Source: Phycisphaerae bacterium (GTDB taxonomy: Bacteria > Planctomycetota > Phycisphaerae > UBA1845). Taken from it: DNA of 64,000 bases. Shown in pieces: positions 1-10,423 of this stretch. A program made the translations under genes and the position numbers. Below the pieces are notes generated by a model. The model was not told where the DNA came from. It made no database searches and was given only the letters and a program-made list of their open reading frames with translations. Numbering within the stretch: the stretch's first letter is position 1; every line of letters starts with the position of its first letter. The DNA is taken from NCBI GenBank assembly GCA_963666835.2, contig CAXXGO010000001.1:544001-608000 (forward strand). Direction: 5' to 3'.

Positions 1-818
1 GGCTGCGCAAGCGTTTGCTAGCGGCCGAGCCTTACGTAAATAAGCTGCACGAGATGGTCGAGGCACTTGCCGAAAATGTACGTGACCTCGACCACCCCCT
101 CCTTCGACAGGCCTCGGTTGAGGATTCCGCCGGTTGCGCCGCCTTTTTTGTGATTACCAGTACACGCGGACTGGCTGGAGCGTACAACAGCAACGTGCTT
201 CGGATGGCATCGGATTCTATCCGCGAGTGGGAATCCGGCGGCCACTCCGTCGAATTGTACGTCAAAGGCAAGAAAGGCGCTTCGTACTTCGCCTTCCGCA
301 AACGCCCGATGGCCCGACGATTTGACTCGCTCGGCGAAATGCCGACAAACGCGGACGTGGCTGAGGCCGCGACGTGGTTCATAGATCGCTTCAGCTCCGG
401 CAAAACCGACATGCTCAAGGTGGCCTACACGAAGTTTATGAGTACCGGCGACTGTCGGCCAGCATTGATTACTTTGTTGCCCACGAGAGCCAAGCGCGAA
501 ACAGCAGCTAACGCTAGCCAAGCGTCGACGTTGACTGGGCAGTTCAAAAGCGCCGTCGGGTATGAATTCTCACCTGATCCAAGCGATCTGCTGGGCGAGT
601 TGCTGCCACTCGCTGTACAAAGCGACCTGCGTCAGTGTCTTCTCAACGCAGCGACGAGCGAGAGCGCTGCACGGAGGGTCGCCATGACGCGTGCCACCGC
701 CAGCGCTGACAGATTGAGCAGATCGTTATCGCTGCGGTACAACCGCGCACGCCAAGACCACATTACAACCGAGTTGATGGACATCATTGGTGCAACCGAG
801 GCTTTCAGAAACCGCTGA
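1..818 (+). CDS. atpG: F1 ATP synthase gamma subunit, 5'-truncated by the window edge
   Basis: Motifs RGLAGAYNSN, SESAARRVAM and YNRARQDHITTELMDIIG. Confidence 0.9.
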   Translation, partial: LRKRLLAAEPYVNKLHEMVEALAENVRDLDHPLLRQASVEDSAGCAAFFVITSTRGLAGAYNSNVLRMASDSIREWESGGHSVELYVKGKKGASYFAFRKRPMARRFDSLGEMPTNADVAEAATWFIDRFSSGKTDMLKVAYTKFMSTGDCRPALITLLPTRAKRETAANASQASTLTGQFKSAVGYEFSPDPSDLLGELLPLAVQSDLRQCLLNAATSESAARRVAMTRATASADRLSRSLSLRYNRARQDHITTELMDIIGATEAFRNR

Positions 819-943
819 TTGGTGGGACGACAACACTTCGTTTGTCACGCCCGGGCGAGTCGCTTTTCGGCCCAAACGAGCCGTTTTGATGCGAGGAATC
901 AGCGCATATTTCAGGAATCGGGGAGACTATCGTAGCGCCGATG

Positions 944-952
944 TGGTATAAT
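944..952 (+). promoter_or_regulatory. Extended -10 promoter element (TGnTATAAT) upstream of leader copy 1
   Basis: TGGTATAAT; -10-like hexamers occur at the equivalent position before copies 2 and 3. Confidence 0.6.
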
Positions 953-959
953 GGTAGTA

Positions 960-1110
960 GTAAGCGGGGTTGCCGTACATCTTGCCGCGGCCCCGGTTGA
1001 GGTTTTCGGATGACTTGATGAAGGGCAACCCGGCGGCGCCGGGTGGCTCGTTGAAGAGTAAGCCGACGTGGTTGCGCACCTTCGGGTGCTTGGCCGCGTC
1101 GGCTTTTTTA
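960..1110 (+). ncRNA. Conserved structured leader with terminator, copy 1 of 5
   Basis: Core TCGGATGACTT..GGGCAACCCGGC-nnn-GCCGGG..GTTGAAGAGTAAGCCGAC followed by a terminator hairpin and T run (1060-1109). Confidence 0.8.
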
Positions 1111-1158
1111 TTGATTTTGCCTGACGTCAGGATCATTCGGTCCACAAGGACGAACCTG

Positions 1159-1242
1159 ATGCATGAAATCGATTCGGCCATGGCAAAGCAGATCGGTCGG
1201 GTGGCTGCGACTTTTGAGCGGCAGACGACCGGCCGGGTCCCG
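1159..1242 (+). pseudogene. N-terminal fragment of a DUF2294/MpsC-family gene (type B)
   Basis: MHEIDSAMAKQIGRVAATFERQTTGRVP aligns with MDKPNSTMARQIAQAASVFEQQRTGNTP at 46974; similarity stops after about 28 aa. Confidence 0.7.
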
Positions 1243-1363
1243 GACCTGCAACGCAGAAAAGCTGAACGGTACGCCGGTGTACAGGCCCAGAGCGCGACAC
1301 TTGAACGATCATCCGCTCCAGTTCTTCATCGGCGCAAAATGGCTGGGGTTTCTCGTCGACACC

Positions 1364-1380
1364 GGCCTCCGGGTTATGAG
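1364..1380 (-). repeat. 17-bp direct repeat resembling a tRNA-fMet anticodon arm (copy A)
   Basis: CTCATAACCCGGAGGCC on the minus strand, identical to 7775-7791. Confidence 0.55.
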
Positions 1381-1671
1381 AGTGACGATGGCGAAAATCG
1401 TAACCTACTGCCACACCCGGACTTATGCGTATGCTCTTGTATGTTCGAAGGTAGGCCAGCACAACACGAGTGCGCCTCAACATCTGGGTGATCTTACCGC
1501 GTGCCCGAGCATCGACACGTCGACGCGACGAATTGCCCGGGACCACACCTCGCCGGTGATACGGCGGGCCCCCGACATTTTGGGCCGCTGCCCGTGGACC
1601 CGCGAGATGTTGACCCACCAGGGAACATATAAATGATGTCGGCTTGACGTGTGACGAACTGGAAATGTCGA

Positions 1672-1922
1672 ATGAGCTGGTTCCATACCATCCTCAGGTT
1701 TCTCTTCCTGGTGCCTGGCTGGCATCAGGTGAGGTTATTGCTCAATCGCCTGACCAGCGGTCCACCACGAGGTCAAACGCGATCGGTGGTCGAGAAGTCA
1801 CACATTGGACAAAGTTGCCGATGCTGGGAGATAAGGCCCGCGAGCACGGCTTCGAATTGCCGAACCCGCTGGGTGTCGCGGGCAGCTTCTACCTGGAGCG
1901 GCAGGACTTCGAAATTGCGGAT
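1672..1922 (+). pseudogene. 5' part of a putative outer-membrane protein gene, interrupted by IS1595
   Basis: Removing the IS and one TSD joins ..DFEIAD to LKVGFGDG.. in frame; a further frameshift near 1715 is likely. Confidence 0.7.
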
Positions 1923-1931
1923 CCTGATTCT

Positions 1932-2374
1932 CTACCTCGCTCCGGTGGTTAACTCCTTTAATGTCAGTGGTTTGGCAGCTACGGCCGCGATAACAAGGCG
2001 ATCGAAGAGTTTTGCTTCCATCCAGCGACGGTTGGCCCGATAGGTGAACGCGGCCAGGTAACGGTCGAGGTGTTTGGGCGAAACGCTGTGATATGTGCCC
2101 ACAATCATCCGCTTCAGGTTGCCGATGAAGGTGTGAACCCAGGGGAAAATTTGAACCGCATTCTTCCCACCGCCCGTCACGATTGCCTCGTGCTCGTACC
2201 CGGCCTTGGCCACTGAAACGTAACTTCCCCATCCGTCCGTCCGGAGACATGAGCCCTTTGCTATGTGCTTCGTCGTGAAGCCCTTCAGGCTCCGAGCGTC
2301 GACGCTTTTCAGTCCCTGAATGGCGATTCGCTTAGGCCGGTCGTTCTCATCAAGCTCGACGGCCACTCCCACTG
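1932..2374 (-). pseudogene. IS1595 transposase, C-terminal half
   Basis: LRTDGWGSY, PWVHTFIGNLKR, GTYHSVSPKHLDRYL..YRANRR. Confidence 0.9.
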
Positions 2375-2386
2375 TGTTGCCGGCGG

Positions 2387-2851
2387 TCAGGAAGCGCGTG
2401 ATTCCGGCGGTTTAGGCGGGTTTGGGTGTGGCGTGGGTTGGTCCGGCAGGTCGAGGCCGAGGGATCGGCAGAGGTCGCCGATGGAGATGGCTTCGCCGCC
2501 GCGCTCACGTTTTTCGGATCGTGGCAGTGGCAGCAGTTGCCAGATGCCGTCGGGGTGGCCTTGTCGCCATGGCCGGTGGGCGACCAGCCGCCACTCGAGC
2601 ATTCGTGCCAGCGCCTGGTCGACATCGTGTCGACTGATACCGAGTTTGGCGGCCATGCGCTCCCGGCTGAAGAAGGACGCTCCGTGGCGATCCGAGGCCA
2701 GGGCCAGTAAGACCATCACGGAGGTCCCCTCGGGCCCGAGGCGGGCCAGCCAATCGTCGTGGAGCAGGCGGTCCTCCAGCCAGCCGAACCGGCCGGTGGG
2801 CTGACGGACAAGATCAGGTACGGGTGGGATGAGGTTCGGCTTCTTGCTCAT
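2387..2851 (-). CDS. IS21 accessory protein, putative helix-turn-helix
   Basis: FFSRERMAAKLGISRHDVDQALARM; lies inside the IS ends. Confidence 0.65.
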   Translation of the reverse strand: MSKKPNLIPPVPDLVRQPTGRFGWLEDRLLHDDWLARLGPEGTSVMVLLALASDRHGASFFSRERMAAKLGISRHDVDQALARMLEWRLVAHRPWRQGHPDGIWQLLPLPRSEKRERGGEAISIGDLCRSLGLDLPDQPTPHPNPPKPPESRAS

Positions 2852-2939
2852 GGACTATTGCACTCCGGCGGCACGCTCACACGGCCCCGTATGCGTGATG
2901 CGAGCGTCGCAAGCTTCATATTCCGTCGCACACTTCACG

Positions 2940-3764
2940 TCATCCCTGCTTCGGCGTACGCGTGGGTTGCGTCCTTCCCTTCTTGCTTTTGGTCGCTCGC
3001 TTGCGCGCTTTCTCGGCAGCGTGCTGCTTGGCCTCCTTGGCGCGATACGAGTCGCCCTCGATCTTGACGATCTCGGCGTGATGCAGCAGGCGGTCGACCA
3101 GCGCTGTCACCGAGCTGGCGTTGGGGAAGACCTCGTTCCACTCGGCAAACGGCTTGTTGGTGGTCAGGATGATCGGCCGCTGCTCATGACGACGGCTGAC
3201 GACCTCGAACAGCAGATCCGCCGCCCGGCGGTCATAAGAGAGATATCCGACCTCATCGATCAGCAGGACTATAGGATTGACGTAGCGCCGCAGCGTACGC
3301 GCCAACGCAGTGGACGTATCCTGCGCAGCCAAGTCGTTGAGCATCGCGCTGGCTGTCGCACACAAGACGGTGTGACCTCGTAACAACGCCTGGTGGACGA
3401 TGTTCTGAGCGATCGTCGACTTGCCCACGCCGTTGGGACCGGCCAGGATGATGTTGGTCGCCTCACCGACGAAGCCCAGTTGCATCAGTTCCTCGATCAG
3501 TGGCCGATCGATGGTCTTCGGCCAGGACCAGTCGAAGTCGGCGATCGGCTTGAACCGGCCGACCTTCGACGTACGGATGCGTCGCTCCAAGCTCCGCCGA
3601 CTACGTTCCGCCTCCTCGCACTCGATCAGCGTGAGCACCCAGGGCTGATCGCCCAGTTCCTGCCAGCGGGCCAGCAGGCCGTACAGCCCGAGGCGCCGGG
3701 CGCGGTCCATGAGTGGATCAGGTGACGGACTACTCGTCGCGGTTGCTTTGCTCGTCATGGTCAT
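2940..3764 (-). CDS. istB: IS21 helper ATPase IstB
   Basis: Walker A GPNGVGKS, Walker B LLIDEVGY, DRLLHH and GDSYR motifs. Confidence 0.95.
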   Translation of the reverse strand: MTMTSKATATSSPSPDPLMDRARRLGLYGLLARWQELGDQPWVLTLIECEEAERSRRSLERRIRTSKVGRFKPIADFDWSWPKTIDRPLIEELMQLGFVGEATNIILAGPNGVGKSTIAQNIVHQALLRGHTVLCATASAMLNDLAAQDTSTALARTLRRYVNPIVLLIDEVGYLSYDRRAADLLFEVVSRRHEQRPIILTTNKPFAEWNEVFPNASSVTALVDRLLHHAEIVKIEGDSYRAKEAKQHAAEKARKRATKSKKGRTQPTRTPKQG

Positions 3765-5310
3765 ATTCCTCCTGGCGGTCGTCGTTATCTGTGCCTTGAG
3801 CACGCTGTTCGAACGGTTCCCGCGCGTCGACGATGCCTTGGCTCAGTTCGTCATAGCTTTCCAGCGTATGCGGTTGGATGGTGAGATCGCGTACCCGGGG
3901 ATCATCCGGAAGTGCGACCGGCAGCGTAGGGCTTCGTCCTTCCGCGCGATGCTGTCGTTCCAAGATCTGCCGAACCGCGTGATGGTGCGGGATGTCCTTC
4001 TCTATCGCTTCGCGGATCGCCTGCTCCAGACGGGTGCCCCCGAACTCCTCGAGCAAGCGCAACAGGCGTGCGGTGGCCGTGCCGAGATTGGCGCCGCGCT
4101 GGGCCAGGCAGGTCAGCAGATCCCGGCTGGCCGGTGCGGATGCGGTGAGTCGGTCCATGCCGCGGTGCGATCGGGCTTGTTGCTTATGCCCGACGAGCCG
4201 TTCGATGTGCTCGGGATTTTCGATCTGCCGGTGGCGGTCGAAGCTGCGGTCATGTTCGGCTACGACGATGCCCCGGTGCATGATGCGCACCGTCTGGAGG
4301 CTCGCTACCACCACGACGGTCTGGCGTACCAGTTCGTGCGGTACCGAGTAGTCGTTGTGGTCGAAGCGGATGTACGGCGTCTTGCCCACGTTGAGTTCGC
4401 GCCGTTCGTCGGTGACAAACGGGGTGTGCGGCAGCGGCAGAAGCAGGGCTCGTTCCTTCTCGAAGGCTTCCGCAACCGTCAGGCGGTCATCCTCGACCCA
4501 GCGGCGATTGCAGGCCGGCCCATCACACCACGCTTGTGCCTGGTCGTTGAGATCATCCACATCCTTGAAGCGGCGGGCCAAGAAGAAGGCGCGGCGTATG
4601 TACTGAATAGCCCGCTCCACGCGACCTTTTTCGTTCCCTCGGGCCACCGCGACCGGCCGTGGGGCGAAGCGATAGTGTCGAGCGAAGTCGAGCAGGAGGG
4701 GATTGAAGCGGATGGCATCGCCTCGACGTTCGAGTACGGCGCTTTTCAGGTTGTCATACAGTGCGACGCGTGTCACCCCGCCCCAATCGGCAAACGCGGC
4801 CTCATGCCCGCGCAGGAAGTTCTCGGTTTGTTGCCCGAGGTAGAAGCGCAGGAAGATCCGGCGCGAGTAGGAGAGCACCATCACGAAGGCCGACAGATGG
4901 CGTTGTGCCCGGCCGACGGTCAGCTTGCCGAAGTGGCCCCAGTCGACCTGGGCCTGCTCGCCGGGCAGTGTTCTGACCCGAAGATACGCCTCGGCTGTCG
5001 CGCGGGGACGGTAGGTGGCGACCATGTGGCGGAAGTGATCCGGGCTGCCGCGGTACCCGCGCTCGTGGCACATCTCGTAGAGTCGACTGGCCGGGAGCTT
5101 GGGATACTGCTTCCACGTCGCGACAATCAGCGGGATAAAGGGATCCAGCTGGGTGGTGCGAGATCGTTTGGATGCCGCGGTGCCGTCTTGGGCGAGCACC
5201 CGCCGGACCGCGCTATGGTGGACACCCAGCTGGCCGGCGATGGTGCCGACCCGCCACTTCTCCGCGTGGTAGAGCCGCAGGATTTCCGCTTCGGTTTGGG
5301 GTGAAATCAT
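3730..5310 (-). CDS. istA: IS21 transposase IstA
   Basis: PGEQAQVDWG, YDNLKSAV, EKGRVER, YSVP motifs. Confidence 0.95.
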   Translation of the reverse strand: MISPQTEAEILRLYHAEKWRVGTIAGQLGVHHSAVRRVLAQDGTAASKRSRTTQLDPFIPLIVATWKQYPKLPASRLYEMCHERGYRGSPDHFRHMVATYRPRATAEAYLRVRTLPGEQAQVDWGHFGKLTVGRAQRHLSAFVMVLSYSRRIFLRFYLGQQTENFLRGHEAAFADWGGVTRVALYDNLKSAVLERRGDAIRFNPLLLDFARHYRFAPRPVAVARGNEKGRVERAIQYIRRAFFLARRFKDVDDLNDQAQAWCDGPACNRRWVEDDRLTVAEAFEKERALLLPLPHTPFVTDERRELNVGKTPYIRFDHNDYSVPHELVRQTVVVVASLQTVRIMHRGIVVAEHDRSFDRHRQIENPEHIERLVGHKQQARSHRGMDRLTASAPASRDLLTCLAQRGANLGTATARLLRLLEEFGGTRLEQAIREAIEKDIPHHHAVRQILERQHRAEGRSPTLPVALPDDPRVRDLTIQPHTLESYDELSQGIVDAREPFEQRAQGTDNDDRQEEYDHDEQSNRDE

Positions 5311-5322
5311 CGGGTTCGGCCC

Positions 5323-6096
5323 TCACCATCGACCAGCGGAGTGCTCCACGCGGCGGCGATACGCGCTGAGCGTCTCCCATCGGGCATACAACCCGCACGG
5401 CCGGCCGCAGAAATCGCAGCGCCGGACGGTCTGACCGGCCTGACCGGTCGACAGCGAGACCGGTATGCGGTGGGCGATGACAGGCGTACGGCTTGATGTC
5501 GCATCACAGGCCTCCTTCGGGGCACTTCTTAACGGAACCTCTTCTCGCAAGTGGCTGTGAGTTGTGGAAGGGTGATGCGTTACGGTTGTTACAATCCGCG
5601 CGGCCGATCGCATGCGCCATCGTTTCTGGCGAGCAGCGTTATTGCGGGCGCCGGGGGGCGTTTTCTGGTAGCGCCTGGCCGCTTCTCGGAGGCTTCGCCG
5701 CCGCAGGGCTTGGCGGCAATGGGGCGAGCAGTAGCGCTGGCCCCGGTCGCACCAGGAGCAGATCGCGACCTGCTGATGGCACCATACGCAGTTGAATAGC
5801 CGGTAGCTCTTGTCGACGGCCCAAACTCCCGCCAGAAATAACTGGACGCCAAGGCCGCTACCGCCGACACACCTGATGATTTGTGTGGTGTCGCTGCGGC
5901 TTTGGCCCGGGCGATAACCCGGAAGCCCAGACCGTCGCTCAACGGCCTGGGCTTCACGTTTTTCGGCAGGGATGTTGTCGTACCGAAGGAATCGGTCGGT
6001 GGTCACATCAGCATCGACCGCGCCGACACACCAAAGCCACCGGTGGAAACCAGATCCCCCAGATGGCACCTGCGGCCAGCCCCAATCAACGCTCAC
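5323..6096 (-). CDS. IS21 accessory Cys-rich protein (true start probably near 5830-5900)
   Basis: CxxC..CxxCDRGQRYC and a C-terminal CDFCG; directly upstream of istA. Confidence 0.55.
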   Translation of the reverse strand: MSVDWGWPQVPSGGSGFHRWLWCVGAVDADVTTDRFLRYDNIPAEKREAQAVERRSGLPGYRPGQSRSDTTQIIRCVGGSGLGVQLFLAGVWAVDKSYRLFNCVWCHQQVAICSWCDRGQRYCSPHCRQALRRRSLREAARRYQKTPPGARNNAARQKRWRMRSAARIVTTVTHHPSTTHSHLREEVPLRSAPKEACDATSSRTPVIAHRIPVSLSTGQAGQTVRRCDFCGRPCGLYARWETLSAYRRRVEHSAGRW

Positions 6097-6264
6097 GAGG
6101 GCGAAGGAAGAAGAAGAGAGTCAGATCCAGAGGAAAACCAGATCCACCAGGCATGCGCCGGGGGAAAGAACCATATCCAGCGCCTACGCGCAACGAAAAC
6201 CACAAACGCCGCGGCGAGCTACACCGCCGGAATCACGCGCTTTCAAACCGCCGCGGACACACTG

Positions 6265-6772
6265 GGACCTTCTTCTCCACCCCACGCCCCGGCCGACCCG
6301 GTTCCCGGCCGCCAACGTATGTCTCGTCGACCTCCACAAGTCCCTGCAGGACATAACGTTGGCATCGTTGACGCATGGCCTCGCGGAGCTTCTGCAGCAT
6401 CATCCAGGCAGTCTGGTAGCAGACCTGGATCTGCTTGGCCAACGCCGTGGCCGCGAGGCCTTTCTTCGAGTGAGCCTCTTGATACATAGCCCAGAACCAC
6501 TTCCAGAGCGGCACGCGGGCACCGTGAAACACCGTGCCGGCCGTCGGTGAGGTCTGATGGTGACACTCCCGGCACTCGACGAGCCCTCGGGTCGGGAGCC
6601 ACCATCCGCGGTTATGCCCACAGTCCGGGCAGACGAACCGTTCCAGCTTCGGTCCCCAGCGAGCTTTACGCAGATACGCGGCACAGGCCGCATCATCTCC
6701 GAAGCGACGCATAAACGACGCTACATCCAAGATCTTGGGCACGGGATGCTTCGGGCGAATCTCGTCAGACAT
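6265..6772 (-). pseudogene. IS1595 transposase, N-terminal half
   Basis: Zn ribbon CPDCG..CRECHHQTS and VEVDETYVGG. Confidence 0.9.
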
Positions 6773-6862
6773 GGCCGACCTCCTCCATGAACCATGAAAT
6801 CGTAAGCCCTAACAAATACCGTACTTAGCCGCCGGAGTCAAGTAGAGAATCAGGTTGCGGAT

Positions 6863-7525
6863 TTGAAAGTCGGGTTCGGCGACGGGCTCTTGAAGATCGA
6901 CAATCTGATTGTGGCCAGTGATGTCAAGACGAAACAAACCGTCTGGAACGTCCGGTCTGACGTCTGGTTACTGCCGTTCCTAAACGTGTACGGGATCCTC
7001 GGTTACATGGACGGCAGGGCTGAAATCGAGTTGGGTCCCCTGGGTGTGCCACTATATGACCTTGACCTGAGGTATGAAGGACCTACGTTCGGCGGCGGAT
7101 GCACCCTGGCCGGAGGTTTCAGACCATTTGAGGGCCGACATACCATACTTTTTGGCCAAGTGGACTTGAACCACACGAAGACCTTCCTCAACTTCAACAA
7201 ACTGGGCATAACCATGGATGCAGGGATCGACACCACAGTGTTCAGCATCCGACTCGGTCTGAGGGACAAAATGGCGACGGATTCATCGCGTGGAAACTCG
7301 CACCTTTCGCTGTGGGGCGGCGTTATGTGGCAGGATCTCCAGAGTGTCTTGCCCGGTCGCATCGACACCCTGGGTTTGGACTTCAAGGTGGAACCGGAGG
7401 CCCGCGACCCGTGGAACCTGATCATCGGGGGTCGCCTGGAGATTGCCAAGAACTTCGACCTGATGGTCGAGGCCGGGCTTTTGGGCCGTCGATCGCTGCT
7501 ACTGACGATGGCATTTCGATTCTGA
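6863..7525 (+). pseudogene. 3' part of the interrupted outer-membrane beta-barrel-like gene
   Basis: DVWLLPFLNVYG, amphipathic strands, C-terminal AFRF. Confidence 0.7.
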
Positions 7526-7774
7526 ACTATGCGATCCCTTTCAGCAGGCACTGACGTAGGACGGCTGAGGAGGGCCATGACTGATCGGCCTTCGAGAAAC
7601 CCTTTCAGCAGCGTGTGAAGCACATGGGCATCGAGGGAGTCGTCACAGCGGCGCGTCACATCCATGGCAGAATCCGTATTGCGAACGTCTGGTTGGCTCG
7701 ATTCGGCGAGAGTGCCTTTCACGTGTCATCGTTATTAACGAACGACATCTCACGCGAATTCTCCGGTCATACCT

Positions 7775-7794
7775 GGCCTCCGGGTTATGAGCCC
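7775..7794 (-). repeat. tRNA-fMet anticodon-arm-like fragment (copy B)
   Basis: GGGCTCATAACCCGGAGGCC on the minus strand; no T-arm or acceptor stem follows. Confidence 0.55.
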
Positions 7795-7869
7795 AATCAG
7801 GTCACGAGCCGTAAGTACCTGCAAACGCGTAAGTTACTGGAAACACAGTACCCTAGGGACACGACACGA

Positions 7870-8050
7870 GCTTGGGAACGCGCCCAAAATGCCAGAAGGC
7901 GTTCTCCAGGCATCGGATGTATGCCTCCGCCGTCTGCCGGTACACCACTTCGCTGTACGCCTTCCGCGAGTGGCTCAGGACGATGCGAAACAGGTGCGGG
8001 CGTTTGCGTTTGCCATCGGGCAGGATCACCGGGGCGCCGGTGCCGAAGCG
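7870..8050 (-). pseudogene. Fragment of a different IS21 transposase
   Basis: PHLFRIVLSHSRKAYSEVVYRQTAEAYIRCLENAFWHFGRVPK. Confidence 0.75.
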
Positions 8051-8291
8051 GCAGTTCCGACAGGATCGTTCGCGACGTTCGGCAACAAGCATCGAGATCG
8101 GCCAAGTACTCAGCCGTATGCACGCGGAGCAGTTGCTCACGTGTCGCCGGCGAGGGCACGTGCATGCGACTGTCGAAATCATCGACTTGGCAACGTATTC
8201 CCTCGACTACGAGGGCAAACTTCTGCGTGGGGAAGACGTGCACACCTATGTCCGAGTAATAATCCGGATGATGGACCAGTGGAATGCTCAT
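8050..8291 (-). pseudogene. Truncated histone-deacetylase-family gene (N-terminus only)
   Basis: HVFPTQKF..PATREQLLRVHTAEYL. Confidence 0.7.
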
Positions 8292-8472
8292 CTCAGCTTC
8301 TCGTGCACGGGTTCATCGTATTGCTCCTCGAACCCTCTGGCGCAAGCATCTTCGTCGATTGTCGGCAGGCCTTGGCGGGCACCGTCGCCTATTGCCTTAC
8401 GATCGAACTTCGCGGATTCGCCGGCCATGACCGGAACACGAGTTCAACAGTGCCACTCGGCGCGAGCGATGT

Positions 8473-8928
8473 TCAGGTTGCTTCGGCTGAGGCGTACTTC
8501 TCAAACACGACCAAGTTCTCCGCGGTACGTGAATCCCAGCGGGTCCCGACGATGTTGTAGCCTCGGTGTATCGCCAGTATCAGCATCGCACGATGGTTGT
8601 TATAGCACTCCAGGCGGATCATCTCGTAACCCCGATCGCAGACCCAGGCATACTCCGCATCCATAAGTTGCGTTGCGACACCCAACCGGCGGGCATCGGG
8701 CAGCACGCCGTACAGCCAGCTGTAGAACGTTGACGGCCTGAGCTCGTATCCGCACGAGAACCCCACTGGCCGCTTATCCAACTCTGCCACCATAACGAGT
8801 GAATTGTGATGCTGCAGACGCTGCTTGAAGAACTTGGCATCCACGTGTGGTTTGAAGACTTCATTGTACAGGTCGCTGATCAGCTCATACTCGGCGGGCC
8901 CGACTATCTCGATCTTTGCAGTTGCCAT
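8473..8928 (-). CDS. GNAT N-acetyltransferase
   Basis: GVLPDARRLGVATQLM acetyl-CoA binding motif. Confidence 0.85.
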   Translation of the reverse strand: MATAKIEIVGPAEYELISDLYNEVFKPHVDAKFFKQRLQHHNSLVMVAELDKRPVGFSCGYELRPSTFYSWLYGVLPDARRLGVATQLMDAEYAWVCDRGYEMIRLECYNNHRAMLILAIHRGYNIVGTRWDSRTAENLVVFEKYASAEAT

Positions 8929-9015
8929 GCGAAGGCTCTCCTCAGCTACGGTTAGGCTCGCTGATGCGATCTCGGTTGATCCTAATGTCTAACGCTCAGC
9001 GGTCACGCACTCCAT

Positions 9016-10326
9016 CTAAACCAGGAAGCTCTGGAACAAGACGGCAAAGCCGAGGAACGCCACAAACCCCACGACGTCCGTGACAGTCGTGAGAATAATG
9101 CTCGAACACTGGGCTGGGTCCCATCCAAGAGACTTCATGATGACCGGGATCGCGGCGCCGGAAAGCCCGGCGAAGAACAGATTGACCACCATTCCCAGGC
9201 CGATGACGAGCCCGAGTATCGCGTTGCCTTGCCAGAACCATGCGACCAATCCTGTCACAATCCCGGTGACCGTCCCGGTCGTAATTCCCAACAACCCTTC
9301 CTTCATCACGAGAGCCAGCACACGGTTGCGAGGTATCTCGCGCATCACGAGTCCGCGCATCACGATTGCCAGAGATTGTGCTCCGGCGTTGCCGCCTTGG
9401 CCGGCGACGACCGGCAAGAAGACTGCCAGAACCGTAATTCTGGCAATCGTGTCCTCGAACAGCGAGACTACGAAAGCGGCCAAGAACGCGGTCGCCAGAT
9501 TAACGTGAAGCCATGGCAGGCGCTTGCGCAGCGAGAAACGAATCGGTGAAAACGCTCGTTCGTCCGGGCTTCCACCGAACATGCGCTGAATGCTCTCGAC
9601 GACGTTCGCCTGAGCGCCCTGAATAAGCTGCTCCGCCTTCACGATACCGAGCATTCGTTTCTCGGCATCCACCACCGGCGCGGCGAAATATCGTCGCTTC
9701 GCAAGCTCTTGCGCGGCCTCAGCACTGTCGAGGAAGCAGTCCAGCGTGAAAACGTCGCGTTTGACCACCGATCCAAGCGGCGCGTCCTCCGCGGCCAGCA
9801 GGAGATCGCGCATGTTGATCACCCCGGTTAGACGCTCCTCGAGGTCGACCACGTAGGCGTACGATGCGGGGTATCGCTGCGATGCGAGCTTGCGTATTTT
9901 CTTCACGGCATCCCGTACCAGCTCACCCTCGTGGAGCGACAGATAGTCGGTGTGCATGATGCGGCCCACGCTTCCCTCGGGGTACACCAGCAAATCCCGG
10001 GCTTCATCCTTCAGCCTCTTGGGGGCGTGCGGCAGAAGCCGTTCAAGAGCATCCCGGGGGAGTCTCATTAGAAGGAATGCACCCCGCTTCGGCTCCATGG
10101 CGCGCACGACGGCCTTGAAACCCGCGGGATCCATGTCTTTGATGAGGGCGGCCGCGAAACTCAGCTGGAGGTGCGGCAGAATCAGGGCATTCATAGTATG
10201 CGGCAGCGCCTTGAATACCTCCACGGCTTCCTCCTCCGGCAAAGCCTCCAGCGTGCGAGCAGCGGTGGCTGCATCTGCGGTAACGTACTTCTCAACGAGC
10301 GGCGTCAGTGGGTTGACTGAGGCCAT
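9016..10326 (-). CDS. mgtE: MgtE Mg2+ transporter
   Basis: CBS pair, RLPWL, GGNAGAQS, DPA and TTVTDVVG motifs. Confidence 0.92.
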   Translation of the reverse strand: MASVNPLTPLVEKYVTADAATAARTLEALPEEEAVEVFKALPHTMNALILPHLQLSFAAALIKDMDPAGFKAVVRAMEPKRGAFLLMRLPRDALERLLPHAPKRLKDEARDLLVYPEGSVGRIMHTDYLSLHEGELVRDAVKKIRKLASQRYPASYAYVVDLEERLTGVINMRDLLLAAEDAPLGSVVKRDVFTLDCFLDSAEAAQELAKRRYFAAPVVDAEKRMLGIVKAEQLIQGAQANVVESIQRMFGGSPDERAFSPIRFSLRKRLPWLHVNLATAFLAAFVVSLFEDTIARITVLAVFLPVVAGQGGNAGAQSLAIVMRGLVMREIPRNRVLALVMKEGLLGITTGTVTGIVTGLVAWFWQGNAILGLVIGLGMVVNLFFAGLSGAAIPVIMKSLGWDPAQCSSIILTTVTDVVGFVAFLGFAVLFQSFLV

Positions 10327-10423
10327 TGGAACAACGCTCCGTAATCCTACTGTGCTCAAGATCGCGAGTGACTTGTCCCAGACGCGAACCAACCATCAGC
10401 TCTTGCCATATACGCTGAACTCA

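Larger units (their letters stand above)
2375..6259 (-). mobile_element. IS21-family element, 3885 bp, with two accessory ORFs
   Basis: TG..CA ends with imperfect IRs sharing AAGCGCGTGATTCCGGCGGT; 5-bp TSD CACTG at 2370-2374 and 6260-6264. Confidence 0.92.
1923..6854 (-). mobile_element. IS1595-family element (about 1.04 kb natively) carrying a nested IS21
   Basis: TIRs CCTGATTCTCTAC / GTAGAGAATCAGG; 8-bp TSD TTGCGGAT at 1915-1922 and 6855-6862. Confidence 0.92.

Noticed and set aside
960..1060. Leader as a c-di-GMP-I (GEMM) riboswitch, because of GGGCAA-CC and AGCGGGGTTGCCG
   Set aside because: The elements are in the wrong order, and there is no GNRA loop or GCAAAGC segment. Only a covariance-model search can fully exclude it.
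970..1491. ORFs that translate the leader (MKGNPA..TFGCLAASAF), also at 16167 and 44349
   Set aside because: Frames and lengths are inconsistent between copies; conservation follows base pairing rather than codons.
3709..5304. Long antisense ORFs (also 27577-29379 and 52892-54154)
   Set aside because: Shadows of well-supported genes in GC-rich DNA.
7760..7830. Intact tRNA-Met gene
   Set aside because: Only the anticodon arm is present.
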